Shown: positions 36,506 through 50,459, numbered from the whole stretch's first letter. The stretch is DNA of 63,328 nt, filler included, from Klebsormidium nitens (GCA_000708835.1; 6 parts of 6 records of this genome joined end to end with filler, not necessarily neighbours in it); one strand, 5' to 3'. Notes: generated by a model not told the origin, from the letters alone. Numbers and translations: made by a program.

Positions 36506-38637
36506 NNNNNNNNNNNNNNNNNNNNNNNNNNNNNNNNNNNNNNNNNNNNTTAATTAATTAANNNNNNNNNNNNNNNNNNNNNNNNNNNNNNNNNNNNNNN
36601 NNNNNCACATGTGAAGTAGACAGGCAGCGTGTAAACCCTGTCCAACCGTCACAGTTGTCCAGAATTGTACGTAACTTCAGGGCGTGCGCTCAGCTCAGTA
36701 GGCCGCATGCCTAATCACAACAGCTGGCTTACATATCTGTCTAATTTTATATACAAAATAAAAAGTCAGCTCGTTCCGCTCCTGATCTTCAATGCTGGGC
36801 CCGGCGCTCCAATATTCTTGATCCGACTCATTCAGCGTCACAAAAGAGACTTGCCAAATAGCTTTCTGGCAATATTTGCGACACAAATCAAAAGATTCGT
36901 CGAGCTATACGGGACGAAAACTTGTCAGCATATCAGCAAAATCGGTCCTTCTGAACAATCATTAACCGATTTACCAGTGAAGTAACCCCGGATGGTCATC
37001 CTTGTGCCCGGGGGCCGTCTGCTGGCAAATTGGTCACTGCGCACGTGGACTAATTCTCCCGCAAAGGTCCAGTCCCGGGTGGTCGGTCGTCCAGTGCCTG
37101 AGCCCGGGGCAGGCTTTGCGTGTCGTAGCCAATCAATCTGACAGGTAGGCAGAGGAGGGGATTTGTTAGTGTGACGTGTCATGATCGACGGTTCCGATTG
37201 TGTCACGTGAATTGAGTTGCGTCGCTATACCTATGCAACGCGCGCGCAAATTATCGACCGACTTTGAATTTGTGCCGCACGTGTGGACTCCGCTTGAGTG
37301 AACCCGACCTCCACTATTTGACCGACCGGGGACTTGGAGTACGATCGCACGGTCAAACGACCAAATTTCCTGGACATCCGACGGTGCACATTTGCGGAGA
37401 CACTTTTGTCGTGTAGCTACTGGCCTCTCTACTTATTATATTGAGGCTTCAGTCTGATCACGAGAATGCAAACTCCGGGACTCTGGAGTGGCATTGCACC
37501 CAATAATTGCACCCCTTCTTTCGCAACTGGAAGTATGCGCGCGCATCCTGGCCGAACTTCCCATATACACGCAGACTCGAGTCAAAACCCTAATGCGCAG
37601 CTATCAGTAGGGCCGTGGATGAAGACGTCTTCAATGTTCATGATCAAATATCTCATGAGAGAAGCTTCGCTCCATCTTTATGAGATCCGTCTTTTGCAGG
37701 TGAGAGGATACCGTGAATCAAAATTGGTACTTTGTAAGTAAAAGCTAGTCGGCAAATATTAGCTCCTGCAATTAGACATGGCCGTTCAAAACATGCGTTT
37801 CTGGGCCCGGCGGGCCTTTTGGGGAGAGTCTTAAGGAGCTAGCTGCACCAAAAATGCGTTCGGCGTGTTTTTACAAGCTTTTAATATTGTTTTTTTCATG
37901 CATGGGACCCCGGGGGAATCTTAATTCATAAGTTGGTCGAGTGAAGAAGGGATCATTTGTGAGGCACTACAAAATCGAAAACATGTCTGCGATTTTTGCC
38001 ATTGAACATTGAAGCATGCTTTTTAACAAAACGTTATGCACAATTTTGACAATTAAAGTGGCCTTGCAGCGTCATTTGTATGTTTGAGTGTCCACTGAGT
38101 TGCATACGGGATATAGACGTTGACCGTGTCCAGTTGCAACAAGATCATGTTTGCCATATGCAAATGCCAGCACATGAAGATGTTGATGTACATGACCAAT
38201 TGCAGCCACAAATTGAAACTTAAATAACCTCTACTAGACAGAGATGGCGGCTGGTGGGTTTCACACTGCCGTTGCTACGGGTGAAGTAGACATAATGGTG
38301 TCTAAGCAGAAACCCCTGGCTTCGAGTCCTTCGCTTTGATAAAGAAGGGCCCATCAACTACGGTGACATGGTTATCGGCACTACGTACCAGCACAAACAA
38401 CGCTTTTACTCTTCGAAAAACTGATGATCTGCATCTATAAGACTCAACAAAACAGCTCTTTAAAATGTGACGGCTCCCGCATGCTCAAATATGCATGTAG
38501 TGAACTTCTTCTAAAACCGTACTCGCGAGCTTCCCATCCCATCGCTTACGGGCCCCCTTTAATGTTCTCTCCCATTCTTAATTCCACCATTGACCAACAT
38601 CATAAGCACCTATACAGATGACTCCATAAGCAGACGT

Positions 38638-41600
38638 CTAGTGATCTTCAAACACCTCGTAGCGCCGCGGCCGCTGCACTCGGCCGTCCTTCTTCTTGAA
38701 GTCCACCTTCTTTGCCTTGTTTTTTTGACGCTGAATCATCTCCATAAGGGCTCCCTGGAAGCCAATATGCTCAGCCCGAGGGGCCAGCCTATTGCCAGGA
38801 TTCGGGATCACGGCCCGAGGAATCAGCGCGCCCTTGCCCGCGCCCAGAAGCTGGTACCGGCCGTCGGGTTGCATCTCCCAGGCGCCAACACGGTCGCACA
38901 GGCAGGCCTCGATGATATCCTGCAACACATGTGAAGCGCCAACGGTTCAGGGCGTGTGAAACTTTATGGCCAGAGCAAAGAACGATATTTGTGATGTTTT
39001 GAAAGGGGTGAAAGTCAGACTCAGTCTGCACAAGATCTCCGGCGCAAGAAGTGTCACGATGCACAATGAAGTCGGGCGGGAGGCTACAGCAAGCTTGAAT
39101 TGACGGACCAGACAAGGCAGGGGTTTCCGGGGGATTCAGAGTTTTAAGATTCCAAGGATTGAAGGATTGTTGGGTCCCATGATTACATCATCGAATCAGT
39201 GGATCCTACAAGAAAGACATTTACATGCTTTCAACCCTGCTGAAGTGCGCCCCCCTCGCATTTTAAGAAAGCTTCTGTTAACCAGGGCCTGCATTGGCAA
39301 ACTACTATTAACGGCATGTTGATGAGCGCCACGTGTCCTCACCTGGAGCTCCTTCTTGATGCTCTCGTCGAGGACAGGTGTCACGACCTCCACACGCCGC
39401 ATCAGGTTGCGCGTCATCCAATCAGCGGAGCCGATGTAGTACTCGGGCTTGCCACCTGCGGAGCAACACAAAGGTTCAGACTTCGGTCTCCATCTTCCAG
39501 TGCTCCTTTATCCGGTATACTCGGACCCCAGGACCAGAGTCCTACAGTCAATGCCGGCCCTCTAAGAAACAAAAATGAAGTGTATGGACCGAAAGAGGAT
39601 GACAAAGCGTTTAAAGCACCAGGCATCCTAGGTCATCGAGACCGGAAAAAACCAGAGTGAATCGCTTGAGACACCAAAATTGCTGCGCGATGCAGCGCCA
39701 GAATCATAACACCGGAAGGGATATCGGACACAAATTTCCGGTACCTACCGTTTTCAAAGCGGAAGATCCGGTGGTGCTCCAGGAACCGTCCGATGATGCT
39801 GATCACGCGGATGTTGTCGGAGATGCCCTTGAAGCCCGCGCGCACGCCGCAGATGCCGCGCACGATGCAGTCCACGTGGACCCCCGCGTTGGAGGCCTCG
39901 TAGATCTTGGCAATCATCACCTGGTCGTCCAGCCCGTTGCACTTGACCACCATGCCGGACGGCAGGCCCGCGCGGGCGTTCTCGATCTCTCTGTAGCAAG
40001 ATGGGGTTAGCAGTAGGTTAGGAACAAGGTTAGAAAGGTTAGGTAGGTTAGAAACAGGTTTGCTAATAAGTTCAGAAAAGCCCGTTGCACTTGACTATTA
40101 TGCCGGACGGCAAGCCCGCGCGCGCATTCTCGATCTCTCTGTTAAGGAGAGAAAGGCATGTCCAAAGAAGTCCAAGATGGAGTCTAGAATTAGGAACGGG
40201 AAATCAATCAGGAATTGAGGAGAACGNNNNNNNNNNNNNNNNNNNNNNNNNNNNNNNNNNNNNNNNNNNNNNNNNNNNNNNNNNNNNNNNNNNNNNNNNN
40301 NNNNNNNNNNNNNNNNNNNNNNNNNNNNNNNNNNNNNNNNNNNNNNNNNNNNNNNNNNNNNNNNNNNNNNNNNNNNNNNNNNNNNNNNNNNNNNNNNNNN
40401 NNNNNNNNNNNNNNNNNNNNNNNNNNNNNNNNNNNNNNNNNNNNNNNNNNNNNNNNNNNNNNNNNNNNNNNNNNNNNNNNNNNNNNNNNNNNNNNNNNNN
40501 NNNNNNNNNNNNNNNNNNNNNNNNNNNNNNNNNNNNNNNNNNNNNNNNNNNNNNNNNNNNNNNNNNNNNNNNNNNNNNNNNNNNNNNNNNNNNNNNNNNN
40601 NNNNNNNNNNNNNNNNNNNNNNNNNNNNNNNNNNNNNNNNNNNNNNNNNNNNNNNNNNNNNNNNNNNNNNNNNNNNNNNNNNNNNNNNNNNNNNNNNNNN
40701 NNNNNNNNNNNNNNNNNNNNNNNNNNNNNNNNNNNNNNNNNNNNNNNNNNNNNNNNNNNNNNNNNNNNNNNNNNNNNNNNNNNNNNNNNNNNNNNNNNNN
40801 NNNNNNNNNNNNNNNNNNCAGGAATTGAGGAGAACGAGACAACTAGTGCGTTTGACCACCATGCCGGATGGCAGCTAGCCCGCGCGCGCGTCCTCGATCT
40901 CTCTGTCGCAAATCATGGTTAGAAACAAGTTAGACACAAGTTTAGGATCGGTTTTGCAAATCAATCGTAAAAGCCCATTGCACTGGCTATTATGCCGGTA
41001 GGCAGGACCGCGCACGCATTCTCAATCTCTCTGTGGCAAGATGGTTTAGCAGTAGGTTAGGAGTAAGATTAGGAAAGTTCGGATCAGGTTTGGTGATAAC
41101 GTGGATACGCCCGTTGCACTTGACCACCATGCGCGACGGCAGGCCCGCGCGCGTTTTCTCAATCTCTCTGTTTTGGAGAGAAAGCGGATGTCAGAAAGCA
41201 AAAGAAGGTGGAGCGGATGTCAAAGCGGGGTTGGAATCACTGCCCGAGTGTAAACTTAAGCAGGAGGTGTTATAGCACCACTATGCCGGGGTTATAATCA
41301 CAGTCCAGGGTAAGCGTGAGCCATGCAGGCCCACGGACACGTTCTCGGGGGTCAGCGATGGGGTCAGGAATTCAGACTTCCGAACAGCTGCGCGCTTTCG
41401 TGATCTGTCTGCAAGGGGTAAGACCATGCGAAGAGTCAGGAGGTGGATTGAAAAGGTCCGTTTGATTTGAGAAGAATGAAGGGAGAGAATGCAAAGCCCG
41501 CAGGCAACAAAGCGGTTCAATGCACACGCGGGCACAAGCACTTAGGCACCTGTCAATCAGCTGCACCATAGAGCCGAGAAACAGCACAACACCTTCAGCG

Positions 41601-44600
41601 AAAAAGAATGCCACCGACCACCTTTCAAAAAAACCACCAGGGAAAACGATGCAACAGAGATATCACTAAGCGCCTGTCGATCAGCCGCACATGAGAACAG
41701 AAAAGACGGGTCCTTCATAAATGAAAGAAACGACCAAGCAAATCCGAACCATGCACTAGAGAACAAAGAAATAAAATTGCCGCCCACCTGTCAATCAGGC
41801 GCACAAATTCGCGCCGCATCGTCCCCGGCGCCACCAGCAGCTTGCGGTACGACTTCTGGCGATGGTATCCGGTCAGGTACTTGAACAGATCGGCGACGTC
41901 CTGACCCAACGCGGGGTCGCACGTGAAGAGTCCGAAGTCGGTGTAGACCGATGCGGTCCTCGGGTTGTAGTTGCCGGTGCCGATGTGGCAGTACGTGCGG
42001 AGCCCGGTTTCCTCCTGCAAAGAAGCCGATCAGTCAGAAGGAGCGACTAGCTTTCACTTGAATGGTAAGGGGGGTTACAGGGGCGTGGACCCTTGGTTCA
42101 GGACCAAACCCGGATTAGCTAAGGGTCCAAAGTCGGTGTTAAACCAATGCGACCTGAGGTTGTAGTTCCGTTACCGATGTGGCAGTACGTGTGGAGCCTG
42201 ATTCCTCCAGGACCATTTCAATGGTTCAGTAGAAAGCGAATTGGGAAAAGCGCGGTTAGCTAAGGTCTCATGGGGTAGCGGGTGCACATCTCAATCGAGT
42301 CAATGATTAGTAAGTGGAACGGGTGGGGTTGCTTAGAAGGGTAAGGGGATGTACAGGTTCGGAGCGTGTAAACGTTTGTCTTGGTGATATCTGGATTGTA
42401 ACATCACTGTTCTCTGGCCTCGATCAATCATGCTGTCTAAGAAAGCCACAGTACAATATTGAAGCCTCAAGCCTCACGACAGAGGAATCTACGAACGAAA
42501 GAAAGTGCTCTCTGATTTGGAATTGGAAAAGTAAACGGAGATTCACCTGGCGGACGACCATGGTGCACTTGCAGTGCGTTTTGAGGCCCACAAGACCGTA
42601 CGCCACGTTGCAGCCCGCGTCCTCGAGCTTCTGCGCAAAGCCGACGTTGCGGGCCTCGTCGAAGCGGGCCTTGAGCTCCACCAGCACGGCGACCTGCGGG
42701 GAGGAAGAAGGCGTTAGCAAAAGCAGGGCCTCTGGAATACCTGGCCGGAATGAAAGCGCCGTGGCTTCTTAAGACTTTGAGCGAAACGTGCAGTGCGGGG
42801 TCTTGTTGAAGCGGGACTCGAGCTCAAACAGCACGGCGACCTGCGGGGAGGAAGAAGGCGTTAGCAAAAACAGGGCCTGTGAATCACTCAGCCAGAATGG
42901 GTCTTTCCGTCCTCTTTTCGGGGGCCTTTAGGCGAGAGTTGCAGTGCGGGCATCGTTTACGCAGGACTTGAGATCGACCAGCACGGCGATTTATGGGGAG
43001 GAGAGAAACCGTCGGCGAAAACAGGGCCCCTGAGTGACTCGGCGCGGCTGAAGGTGAAGATGCTTTACAACTCTCCTTTAGCAGAACTTCATTGGAGCCT
43101 ACGTTGCGGTCCTCATTGAAGCGGGCCAGAGAAAGAGAAGCCCTGCTTCAAATAATCGGTCGCAATGCCAAGATTTAGAACGAAGTGTCGAACTTGCCTT
43201 GACAGCCTCGTTCCTGGGGCGACACACATCGAGGGGCTCGAATCCTCCATTATGTCAATCTCCACGGCCTACATCGATCCTGGCGACTAGAACGGGAGAT
43301 AGGGGGCTTAGCAGAAAGGCGAAAAAAGAACTACCCCTCCCACTTACGGTGGGATAGTGTCTGGGTAGGATAGCAACAGTCCCCGGGGAAAAAGGTAGTT
43401 GAAATTTAAACCGACATATGTACCCGCTGCGCCCCATACCCACTTTAACCCCCAAACTAACCCTAGCCGTTACCCGGGCTTGACCATACGCTACGTAGAA
43501 CCATCCTACCCAAACTTCAGGTCTAGACATAAGACCCGTCCTTACTTGCTTCCCCATCTCGGCCGCGATCTCCAGTGCGCGGATCACGGGGCTGTCGCTG
43601 TTGGTCCGGTACAGTGTCAATTCGTGACGGGGGAATAATTACCACATGATCTCATCCCCCGAAGTATCTCTACTTTCTGGGGGGCTCAATGATCTACTTT
43701 GAGTTCCCCCCCTCACCTGCTTCCCCATCTCGGCAGCGATCTCCAGCGCCCGGATCACGGGGCTGTCGCTGTTCGTCCGGTACAGCGTCGCCTTGATCGC
43801 CACCACTTTCGGGTCCCGCGCGGCGGTCTCGACGAAGTGCTGGGTCGACGTGGCGAACGAATGGTACGGGTGGTGTACCAAAACGTCGCCCCTCCGGATG
43901 GTGTCAAAGATGTCGCCCCCGGCCAGGCGGGTGTGGGTGAGCGGCGACCATTGCGTGAACTGGAGGGACGAGTCCATGCCGAACTGGCCGCCGAACTGGA
44001 CCGGTATCGAGTCGAGCTCTGCAGGGAAGGGGAGGCAAAACCCCGTACGATTAGATTGGAAGATGTGTTTCTTAGGCTCCATAGGAGCGTTGATGTAATG
44101 TCAGTGTAAGTCCAAGTTGAATTATCGGCTGACAGATCGATGGCTTAAGGGCTGCGAAAGCAAACACCGACGCTTAGGTTGAAGAACGTAGAGAGAGCGC
44201 GAGTCCGAGCGCTGAAGCATTGTCCGACGGCTCAAGATATGTTGGGCCGCAAAGACAATGTAATTCGACCCGGAAAGGACTCCCCACACCTTTCTGATTA
44301 ACTCCGTAGCAGGTTAGCCCCTTTTTAGCGGATTAAGCCGAGTATTGGAAACATTGGGACAGCTACCGACAGGCACAATCAGCTTCCGATACCCCGAGTA
44401 GACCCTAATTAAACCCTGAAATGCCCGGTACTGCACATGAGAGTACGTAATCAAGGTTAGCCTGTCCAAGACGCCTTCAAATTAAGCCCAAAAATTGTCG
44501 GACAGGTTCCACTCATCTCCAAGCGCTCTCAGCCCAGCAGCGACGGTACAAGCGGTTCAAGCTGAGTTAATTTCGACGTTCTAACTTCCTGTATGCACAA

Positions 44601-47600
44601 AGGGCAAGTCCTGGACACTGTCGGACGCTCGAAAACTGATTTGAACCAATCACGGACGCTCAACAAGTAGACCAAAGCATTTTCGGACGCTCAGGAACTA
44701 GAGCGCACCATTATAGATGCGCACCTCCGAGCGTATGGGTCTGCATGCTCAGAGACTAAATCGAGCAGCTTTAAACGCTCAGGAATTGAATTGAGTAAAC
44801 TGATACGTTTGAGACCCAGAGCGAACGTATTCAGACGTGCACGTCCTGCGCCATGGGCCTGCAGATGCTCAGAAACTAGATCAAGCAATCTCATACGGTC
44901 TATGAACAACTCAAGCAATCTTATACGCGTGATAATCAGAGCGAACAGTTTGAGACGCGCACCTCCGAGCGCCATGGGCCCGCACACGCGGTAGACGTCG
45001 TCGCGCGACAGCTGGAGCTCCTCCGTGAGGCGCTGCTGCATGTCGACCGGCATCTCGCAGTCCACCTCCAACCGCACAAACGGCGCAAACTTGCGCTCGC
45101 GCATCTACAAGAAAGAGGGTTTCGCGGAACTGTTAGCGTGCCGCGCCGATCCTTTCCCTTGGAGCCACCATGAGCAGCGAGGAGGGGCTCCAGAAGCGGC
45201 AGTTCAACTTCCTCCTCTTCTGTGGGCTGTGGCTGACGGCCAAGGTGAAATCATCAGACTGGCTCTATGCTATCTTTGCGAAGCTGTGACTCTGGTTTTG
45301 CTGCTTTCGCAAACCAGAGAACGGCGGGCACACGAACCGGCGGAATCTTGCGCATTGGCGCTAGAGCAACACTGAAGATGGGGTCAAGGTGGGTGAGATT
45401 CTTCCCAGTTGGCGCAATTTGTGCCTGCCCATCGAGGGTCGACGAGGGTCACAAACGGCCTTCATTGCTTCCTGCGCACGCGCATCTGGCAGGAACATAA
45501 GTTCGAGGTTTCCCGATGCGAGTAAAGGTGCTGACTCTGTCTCGAGCAAAACGGATCCTTTTAAATCCCTGACAGTCCCGAATGAAGTAACGTGAGGAAG
45601 CTTGTAAGGGGAATTTGAGATTACCGTTCATTGATTCCCGAGAAGATAGAAGAACATTGCATGACTTCAGGATTTGCGGACTCGAATCATTATGGGTCTT
45701 ACCTCATCCGTGATCATCTCCAAGAGGTCCTCCGCCTCCTCCTCGTTGCGCGCCACGTCAGCGTTTCGCGTCACACGGAACACGTGCGCCGCGACGATCT
45801 GCATGCCGCCAAACAGCTCGCCCAGGTTGTGGATGATGACCTGCTCCAGGCAAACGAACGTGTTGCGCATTGCCCTACAGAGAAAAGGAGACCGATTTGT
45901 AACGTGATTAAGCGCTTTGTAATGAACCGGTTGTGGCGTTGGATTCCTACAGCTGTGGAAGGATGACTTGCGTAGTTGACGACTTGAGCTTGGGCGCGCA
46001 GTGACTAAGAATCGCCTCTTGGACCAACAGACAATCTTGAATCGGTTCATAAGCGGAAATCTGCGGTTCGGATGTAGAGTATTCGGGGAGAGGTGGTGCC
46101 GAAAGAAAATCTGGTACGAAGCCCGTACTCCACAAGCCACACGGAGGGATGCCACGCAGGTTGACGAGAAATACACGGATCACACACTTGCCTGATCACC
46201 GAATGTGTGTGATCGGTGATTTGTATTTCCTAACTTCTCGTATTTCGTATTAAGCAGATTGGTAATGAATGACATACGGGATAAGAGAAGTGTTTCGTTT
46301 GATGACACCTGGGGCAGCCTCCACTTCCAAAACGAATCCTGCTCCCACGCAGCTGCGGCAATCACCTCTTCCCTCCCAACGGTGGAATTTCATGATCAAA
46401 ACATCCCGGACGGTTCTTTTTCAAAAAGCCGGATGCTTTTGGAGACAGTAAAATGCTTTCGGTAGCCACTCACGGGTTGTCGTCTTGTGCCAGCCGAATG
46501 AAGCGGTCCACTCCGGTGGGGACGTTGACGATCGCAAATTCGGTGTCCTCATCGATCGGGTCACGGAGGGTCTGCGAGTCAGTAAGATGTGACTGTCAAA
46601 CCAAACGCTGACAAGGAGTGCTTTCTCAACATGGTGAAGCGCTGTACCTCCCAATCGAGGACACGAACTTGTAAGACCTAGATATTCACTTAGTAGACCA
46701 ACAGCTGTATGCGTGAAATTTGTCACGCTCAAAAGCGAATAGATCCCTGGCTACATGATCTTGAGCCGTTCGACTCAGCCGGCTTGAACGGTCCAAGATC
46801 GTGTAGAGGTGGTTGCGACTCGAGGAGAGGGAGGCAAGGTTCTAGTAACCCACTGTTACCATTCCATGTTCTCCGTCAATTGAAAAACGATGTTCGGGGC
46901 TTGACAACTCTCCTGTCCTGCAATGCTTTACTCAACAAAACAACAGTTTGTCCACCCTTGTTTCAGGACAGACTCTTCCCGCGTCCCCAAAAGCAAACCC
47001 CAGCAACTAGCCGGACCGATAGTTTACGAGCGTACACTCACAACTGTAATGCTGAGGGTCATGTTGCAACGTGGACTAGCCGGACCCAGAGTCCAGCAAG
47101 TTTACGAGCGTGCACTCACGACTGCGATGCTGAGGGTCATGTTGCCGATGAAGGGGAAGGGATGGCCTGGGTCCACAGCCAGGGGCGTCAGCACGGGCTC
47201 CAGCGCCGACTTGAAGTACTTGCGCATCTGCACAGCAGAGATATGCGAGGTTTACGCTCAGTTGTTTTCAGTGCCTTCTGGTGAGACGGATTCGGGACAC
47301 CGGAAATAAGAATCAAGATCGTACGCTCCTGGAACTTTGAGTGCACACTTCTTTGATGTTGTAAATTCAAGGACCTTTCAGATCTCTTCAGGTTTCCAAT
47401 TTAAGAATTAGCAACGCCCTCGGACACACCTCTGGAACGAGGTCGAATTAAAAGCTCAAGTAAGCATACTCTAGCGCTGTCTAAGAAAATAGCAAACCCC
47501 TAATCTCAGACGGTGATCCAGAATAAAGAAGGCCTCTACCTTGGACTTTTGCGCGTGGTCCAGCTCTCCATAGTCGAGCAGCCGGATGCCCTGCTGGGCT

Positions 47601-50459
47601 AGCTCCGGCAAAACATCCTTGAGGAGCGTGTTGATCTGAACGTCGACCATCGTCGACACCTCCCTGCAGCGCAGAGAGCCCAGCTTGAGTGTGCTTGAGA
47701 GCCAAGATCAAAACGAAGAGGAGATCTCCTGCTAAAGTTCGGATGCAATCTGACCTGAACGTACAGTTGAGGTTTTTGTGCAAGGCGGAAAGGGTGACTT
47801 GCTGGACTCTAGACCCAAGGTTCAAGAATAAGCAGCACAGAGATTCTACGGGACGGCGATCTGACCTTCAGAAATTGGTCGGAACCTCTTTGCTCAGCGG
47901 GTTCGCGCCGAGGCGTTTACTACTTTGGGCGGATAGAACCACCTTATAAAGATTGGAATGTTTGGCCGGAAGGACAAGAAGGAAACATGCGGTATTTAGG
48001 TGCCAGGTGGAAATCAAGGTCTGTGTGCAAACAGAAGACGTCTCTGTGCACGAGAAATGAAATATTGCAGCCCATGTCTGGAGAACCTCTAGCCTGCGGC
48101 TCAAACAACGTCCGGCAGTAATCAGCGACTAAGCGACACGGGTCCAGTACGGGAAACTCAACCGGCGATAGGTCAAATGTAGAAAAACCCCAAAAACTGA
48201 CATGCTTCGCTTAAATGCTGACAGATTTTGAGCTGCTGGTTGGGCGGATGCCGGGATATCCCGACCCATGACGGGACAGTATATGCCAAATGCCATTTCA
48301 CATCATTTACTCATTCAGCACCTAAGTAATGCCGCTAAGTACAGCCCCACCGTTCGTAACGAAGCCTCGAAATTGCAATGCTGCGCTTACTTGGTGACGA
48401 ACTTAAGTTGCTGATTGGGCGACCACATGAGCTCGCGCCGCTCCCCAATGAGGTTCGCCGTTCCCGCGGCTGCCTGGCGCTTCAGACCGCCGACACGCTT
48501 GCCGAAGAACTCGTCGAGGTTGCGGGCTGTGATCGCCAAGAACCGCAGGCGCTGCAATCAAAGTGACGGGGACATGTTGTTTGCGCACTTTGTTACTCTC
48601 CGGATTTCCACAAGACCTCTCCGAACGCTGTGATGGATCAACTCTGTGATCCCTTGGCAAAACCGCTGTCACCGAACCAGGCTATCATGTCCGATCAAGC
48701 TCCCTAGTTCGTGCTATTTGCCGTTGGCGGATGGCTTGCAGGATTGACAGGCACTCAGAGCATGAAGTGAGTCCACCATCAGGATCAGTCCTCCCTTTTC
48801 TGCATTCGTCGTGCATTCAGCCAATTGTCGTGCCCCAAGCAAAGACACGAAACAGATGCGCACCGAACGCTTCATCTTGGCTTCACATTTCTTGCAATGA
48901 GGCGCATCTGCCTTCAGCCAGCTGCCCAAATGCCATGCTTCGATCCGCTTTCCCCTGCCGTTTCTCTAACCGTCAACACGGCCAAGTCAAGAACTGGAAG
49001 CGCAGTAATCCAATCCAAGGTTCTCCCTTCCCTCACCTCAAAGATCGGTGTCGATGGCATGACCGCCATGTAGAGCACGCGCCAGTTGAACGCGAGCCAG
49101 CTCAGCTCCTTGTTGTACACCGCGTCCGCCAGCACCATCGTCTCCATCTTGAGCCCGCTGACGTCAGCGAGGAGGCCCTCCTGGCGGTGAGGTGGCATCA
49201 GGCCCTCGTTCTCGTGCAGGTCCTCGCCGAGGGGGCACGCGGAGACCGCCGCTGCGGCCTTCTCTGCGACCTTGATGGCTTCTTCCTTGACCACCGACTT
49301 GGTCTTCTCCTTGGACAGGGCGACAACCTGGTGACAAGAAAAGGACCAGATGAGTACTATAACCGCATTCGTTTAACTGAGACCGTCGCTGCGGCCTTCT
49401 CGCGACCTTGATGGCTTCCTCCTTGACCACCGACTTGGTTCTCTCCTTGGAGAGGGCGACAACCTGGTGAGAAGGAAACAACGAAGTAAGTGCTTTGAAA
49501 CGGATTTTGAAGTGGGCCTTGCCGAGAAGGTATATCTGCATTGCGGCCACCACCTTCTCCCTAACTCTGATGGCTTCTGCCTTGACCACCGACTTGATCT
49601 TTTCCTGGAGAGGGCGGAAAACGTATTGGAAAAAACAAAGGACTTAGTGGTGCATCGGTCAATTGCAGATGCTCCACCGGAGACAAGACAGAGATTGCGG
49701 GTGCAGCTAGGCTGCACAACTTTGATGACAAAAGCCAAGAGATGGCTACTCAATGAGAAGAGACTAAAAGCCCGACCTTTTTGAGATACTGCTCATGCCT
49801 GATAGTGCACATGCAAGAGACTTGCTAACCATTTGCAACAACATGGAGACAACCTTGTAACCTGCCACGATTGCTCCCAGTCCCCCACCCCTCACCTGAT
49901 CTTTGAGCACCTTGGCCCGCTGCCGTTCCGCCTCCACTTCTGATTCCAGCGCGCTGACCTTCTCCTTGATCGCCACAATCGCCTCCTTTGGCATCCCCTC
50001 CATAGCTACTTCCTCCTTCTTCTCCTTCTTCTCTTTCTTATCTTTCTTTGCTTTCGTATCCGAATCGCTGCTGTCGTGGTCATCGTCATCATCAGGCTCA
50101 TCGAACGAAAACAGCGTCGTGGTCGGCGAAAGCGGCCGCTCACTGCCGTTCTGCGACGTGCTGTTGCCCTCCTGTTTTGACACCGTCTTTTCGGTGTCGG
50201 AGGAAACCGACGGCCCCGACTGCCCGACGGGCGTCGAACATCTATGAATTGCCCTCCGCCCCCCTGAGACCCCAATCCTCTTGGGGCCACTCAGAGCCCG
50301 ACGGTGTGCGTCTGCATTTGGAGACTTGCGCACGGCCGCCGTCACTGGCGTCGAACGAACATTTCGGTTTGCTGCCCTGTGTCGAGATCGTAGGTCTAGG
50401 GATGTCTTCGCTCCGACGCAGGAGCTAAAGAAACTAGACTGCAGCGTGATTGCCTCCAT
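38638..50459 (-). CDS. ppk1: Polyphosphate kinase 1, ~990 aa, 14 exons, with an N-terminal transit-peptide-like extension
   Basis: Exons 50459-49896, 49327-49037, 48551-48391, 47663-47540, 47227-47120, 46571-46474, 45874-45703, 45104-44963, 44018-43717, 42693-42547, 42014-41788, 39990-39749, 39455-39343, 38919-38638. All introns are GT-AG and phase-consistent (2973 nt total). PPK1 motifs: [88 protein letters not shown]. Confidence 0.95.

Noticed and set aside
36606-36655. ~50-nt similarity to ~59207-59255
   Set aside because: Probably a fragment of a dispersed repeat at contig ends; too short to classify.
40010-40075. AGGTTAG repeats as interstitial telomere
   Set aside because: Short, irregular, not a canonical TTTAGGG/TTAGGG array, and part of the duplicated intron unit.
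40085-40922. Long ORFs dominated by X residues (also 3413-4192 and 6416-7235)
   Set aside because: Artefacts of translating through N gaps.
43541-43620. Second PPK1 paralogue or alternative full exon
   Set aside because: It is only a partial copy of the exon-9 end without its own acceptor; counted among the exon echoes.
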